Assembly (NCBI GenBank): GCA_016720855.1
Contig: JADKJU010000005.1
Span: forward strand, 249,636 to 313,635
Length of the DNA: 64,000 nt
From: Betaproteobacteria bacterium
Lineage (GTDB): Bacteria > Pseudomonadota > Gammaproteobacteria > Burkholderiales > Usitatibacteraceae
Direction: 5' to 3'
The notes beneath the pieces were generated by a model. That model was not told the DNA's origin and searched no databases. It worked only from the letters and a program-made list of their open reading frames with translations. The translations under genes and the position numbers were made by a program. Shown in pieces: positions 61,961-64,000 of this stretch (position 1 is the stretch's first letter; every line of letters starts with the position of its first letter).

Positions 61961-62674
61961 ATGCAGCCCGGAGAACCGCGCTCACGCGGGCCCGACATCC
62001 CGGTCGAGCAATTCCTCGTCAACCTGCCGCTCTTCAGCGATCTCACGCCCGAGGAGATCCAGCGCGTCGCGGGCGGCACTCGCCGCATCTACGCGACCAA
62101 GGGCGAGACGCTTTTCACGCGAGGCGACCGTTGCGAGGGCTTCCACGTCGTCCTCTACGGGCAGGTGAAGCTCTTCGTCACTTCACCCCAGGGCTCCGAG
62201 AAGGTGATCGAGATCATGGGCCCGGGCATCTCGTTCGGCGAGGCGGTCCTCTTCATGGACATCCCCTACCCCGTCTCGGCGCAGGCGCTCAAGGATTCGC
62301 TCCTGCTGCACGTCTCCAAGAGCCTCGTCTCGGAGGAGATCGTGCGCGATCCCCGCTTCGCGAGGCGGCTGCTGGCCGGCATGTCGAAGAAGCTTCACCA
62401 GCTCATCCACGACGTGGAGGCCTACTCGCTTCGCTCGGGGCTGGAGCGCGTGATCGGCTACCTGCTGCGCGACGACGCCATTTCCGACGGCTCCGCGCGC
62501 TCGACGAGCGTGACGCTGCCCGCCAACAAGATGATCGTGGCCTCGCGCCTCAATCTCACGCCGGAGTACTTCTCGCGCATCCTGCACGAGCTGGCCGGCG
62601 CGGGGCTGATCGTGATGGAGGGCCGTTCGGTTTCGGTCCCCGACATCGAGCGCCTGCGTACCTACACCGGCTGA
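61961..62674 (+). CDS. Crp/Fnr-family transcriptional regulator, Dnr/NnrR type (no FNR Cys cluster)
   Basis: 237 aa with a cNMP-like beta-barrel and a C-terminal HTH carrying the E--SR recognition motif (TPEYFSRIL), which reads TTGA-N6-TCAA boxes. The N-terminus lacks the Cys-x2-Cys-x5-Cys of FNR. Confidence 0.8.
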   Translation: MQPGEPRSRGPDIPVEQFLVNLPLFSDLTPEEIQRVAGGTRRIYATKGETLFTRGDRCEGFHVVLYGQVKLFVTSPQGSEKVIEIMGPGISFGEAVLFMDIPYPVSAQALKDSLLLHVSKSLVSEEIVRDPRFARRLLAGMSKKLHQLIHDVEAYSLRSGLERVIGYLLRDDAISDGSARSTSVTLPANKMIVASRLNLTPEYFSRILHELAGAGLIVMEGRSVSVPDIERLRTYTG

Positions 62675-62684
62675 ACGCGCAACC

Positions 62685-63854
62685 ATGGCCGCCCGCACCT
62701 CATCCAAGCCGAAATGCGGACCGCCGGCCGCCGCAAACCTCCTCGCCCCCCAGGTCGAGGAGTGGCTCAAGGCCGCCGCCCTCGACGTGGCCGACGACGG
62801 GATCGTCATCTCCGATGCGTCGACCCCCGATGCGCCGATCGTCTATGTGAGCCCGTCGTTCGAGCGGCTCGTGGGTTACTGCGCCGCCGAAATCATCGGC
62901 ACCAACTGCCGCATGGTGCAGGGGCCGGGCACCGATCACGAGACCGTGAAGGGCATCGCGATCGCGCTGCAGAAGGGCAAGGTCTTCCAGGGCGAGATCC
63001 TCAACTATCGCAAGGACGGCACGCCCTTCTGGAATTTCCTGCGCATCGCGCCCATCCGCGACGCCGCCGGGAAAGTCACCCACCATGTGGGCACCCAGTC
63101 GGACGTGACCGAGCTGCACCACGCGCGCGAGCGCGAGCACGACTTGCAGGACACGGTCGCCCACGCCTCGCGCGTGCGCACGGTGGCCGCGCTGGGCGCG
63201 TCGCTCGCGCACGAAGTGAATCAGCCGCTCGCGGCCATCATCACCAACGCCGAGGCGGCGCTGCGCTTCCTCGACGCCGGCAACCCGGCGGAAGTGCGCG
63301 AGGCCCTGGTGGCCATCGCCGGCGATGCGCGGCGCGCCGGCGAGATCATCCATCGCGCGCACCGACTCGTTCGCAAGCAGCCCGCGGCAGCCGAGGCCGT
63401 CGATCCCGCGCGCACCGCCTCCGAGGTTCTCGACTTCGCGCGTGCACGGCTTCGCCATGCCGGCGTCAAGGCGCGTCTCGAGGCGGCCGGAACGCTGCCG
63501 CGCGTAATGGCCGATCCCATCCAGCTCCACCAGGTGCTCCTCAATCTCGTGGTGAATGCGATCGAGGCGATGGAGGGCGCGGCGCCCGGCACCGAGCGCA
63601 CGCTGGTCGTGGCGATCGAGCGCGAAACGGGCGGCGTGCGCCTTCGCGTGCAGGACACCGGTCCAGGCGCCGACGACGAATCCCTGGCCCGCATGTTCCG
63701 GACATTCCATACGACGAAGGCCCGCGGCACCGGCCTGGGACTGCTCGTCACGCGCTCCCTCGTGGAGGCGCACGGGGGGCGGCTGGAAGTTGCGCGCAAC
63801 CCCGGCCGCGGCCTCGTCTTCACGATCCACCTGCCCGGAGAAGAGCCGAAATGA
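62685..63854 (+). CDS. LOV-domain sensor histidine kinase
   Basis: 389 aa. The LOV core is GIVISDAS.PDAPIVYVSPSFERLVGY...GTNCRMVQGPGTD...EILNYRKDGTPFWN...THHVGTQSDVT (photoactive Cys in NCR). HisKA motif SLAHEVNQPL. HATPase motifs DTGPG and GTGLGL. Confidence 0.85.
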   Translation: MAARTSSKPKCGPPAAANLLAPQVEEWLKAAALDVADDGIVISDASTPDAPIVYVSPSFERLVGYCAAEIIGTNCRMVQGPGTDHETVKGIAIALQKGKVFQGEILNYRKDGTPFWNFLRIAPIRDAAGKVTHHVGTQSDVTELHHAREREHDLQDTVAHASRVRTVAALGASLAHEVNQPLAAIITNAEAALRFLDAGNPAEVREALVAIAGDARRAGEIIHRAHRLVRKQPAAAEAVDPARTASEVLDFARARLRHAGVKARLEAAGTLPRVMADPIQLHQVLLNLVVNAIEAMEGAAPGTERTLVVAIERETGGVRLRVQDTGPGADDESLARMFRTFHTTKARGTGLGLLVTRSLVEAHGGRLEVARNPGRGLVFTIHLPGEEPK

Positions 63855-64000
63855 TCGCCGCCGAAGGCGTAAGCCTCTACATCATCGACGACGACCCGTC
63901 CGTGCGCGCCTCCCTCACTCGCCTGCTGCGCGCCGAGGGCGCGAATCCAGAGACGTTCGCCACGGCAGAGGACTTTCTCGACTTCCTCCCCAGTGTCGCC
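63851..64000 (+). CDS. response regulator receiver domain (FixJ/NarL-like), N-terminal part only
   Basis: ATGA overlap with the kinase stop. MIAAEGVSLYIIDDDPSVRASLTRLLRAEG... It is truncated by the window end. Confidence 0.75.
   Translation, partial: MIAAEGVSLYIIDDDPSVRASLTRLLRAEGANPETFATAEDFLDFLPSVA

Noticed and set aside
1-64000. Search for defence islands, toxin-antitoxin pairs, prophage, integrase, tRNA/rRNA, CRISPR and riboswitch-like leaders
   Set aside because: I found nothing of these kinds by eye. Intergenic regions are short, the only mobile DNA is the single IS, and no tRNA-like cloverleaf or repeat-spacer structure was seen. A covariance-model scan (Infernal/Rfam, tRNAscan-SE) would be needed to exclude small RNAs formally.

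Overview
High-GC (about 68 percent) chromosomal segment. The gene order slyD-bcp / roxA / MBL-bamC-dapA suggests a betaproteobacterium, but that is inference only. About 60 genes are supported, and I found no rRNA, tRNA or CRISPR array. The window has five blocks. (1) 1-7.2 kb holds housekeeping genes plus one intact IS4-family insertion sequence with target-site duplication, inserted into an intergenic hairpin. (2) 7.2-36 kb is a large phosphonate-catabolism island. It carries the 2-aminoethylphosphonate (AEP) importer phnSTU, phnW, phnX, an alanine dehydrogenase, an FAD oxidoreductase and a methyltransferase. It also carries an alkaline-phosphatase-superfamily enzyme, a metallophosphoesterase and a Dpp/Opp-type ABC importer. 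A separate phnA / Zn-ADH / ALDH / TRAP operon has a divergent LysR regulator, followed by a GntR regulator with a phnY-like dehydrogenase and a Na/Pi cotransporter. (3) 36-47.6 kb is a gamma-glutamylation-type amine or amino-alcohol catabolic set (TAXI-TRAP, GS-like, Fe-ADH, PuuD-like hydrolase, ALDH). It is interrupted by an unexplained operon: a pyruvate-phosphate-dikinase-like protein lacking the PEP/pyruvate barrel, coupled to a 645-aa protein with a DUF47/PhoU-like tail. (4) 49.5-62.7 kb is the most unusual part. It holds a B-family-like heme-copper oxidase (CuA subunit II plus subunit I) whose cross-linked active-site Tyr is replaced by Gln. It also holds a second, very divergent HCO subunit-I homologue that keeps all six metal-ligand His. 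Around these sit heme O and heme A synthases, SCO1 and two paralogous di-heme cytochrome b proteins. One cytochrome b is fused to [2Fe-2S]-FAD-NAD(P)H reductase domains, the other to 2x[4Fe-4S] plus an MvhD-like domain. A hemerythrin, a Dnr/NnrR-type regulator and two well-placed FNR/Dnr boxes complete the block. I read it as a candidate undescribed NO/O2-reductase system fed by NAD(P)H and ferredoxin. (5) 62.7-64 kb is a LOV-domain histidine kinase plus a response regulator. Two genes (a lipoprotein and the Fe-ADH) carry single-base frameshifts in C/G runs, so either homopolymer assembly errors or real pseudogenes are possible. The many very long antisense ORFs in the track are high-GC artefacts.
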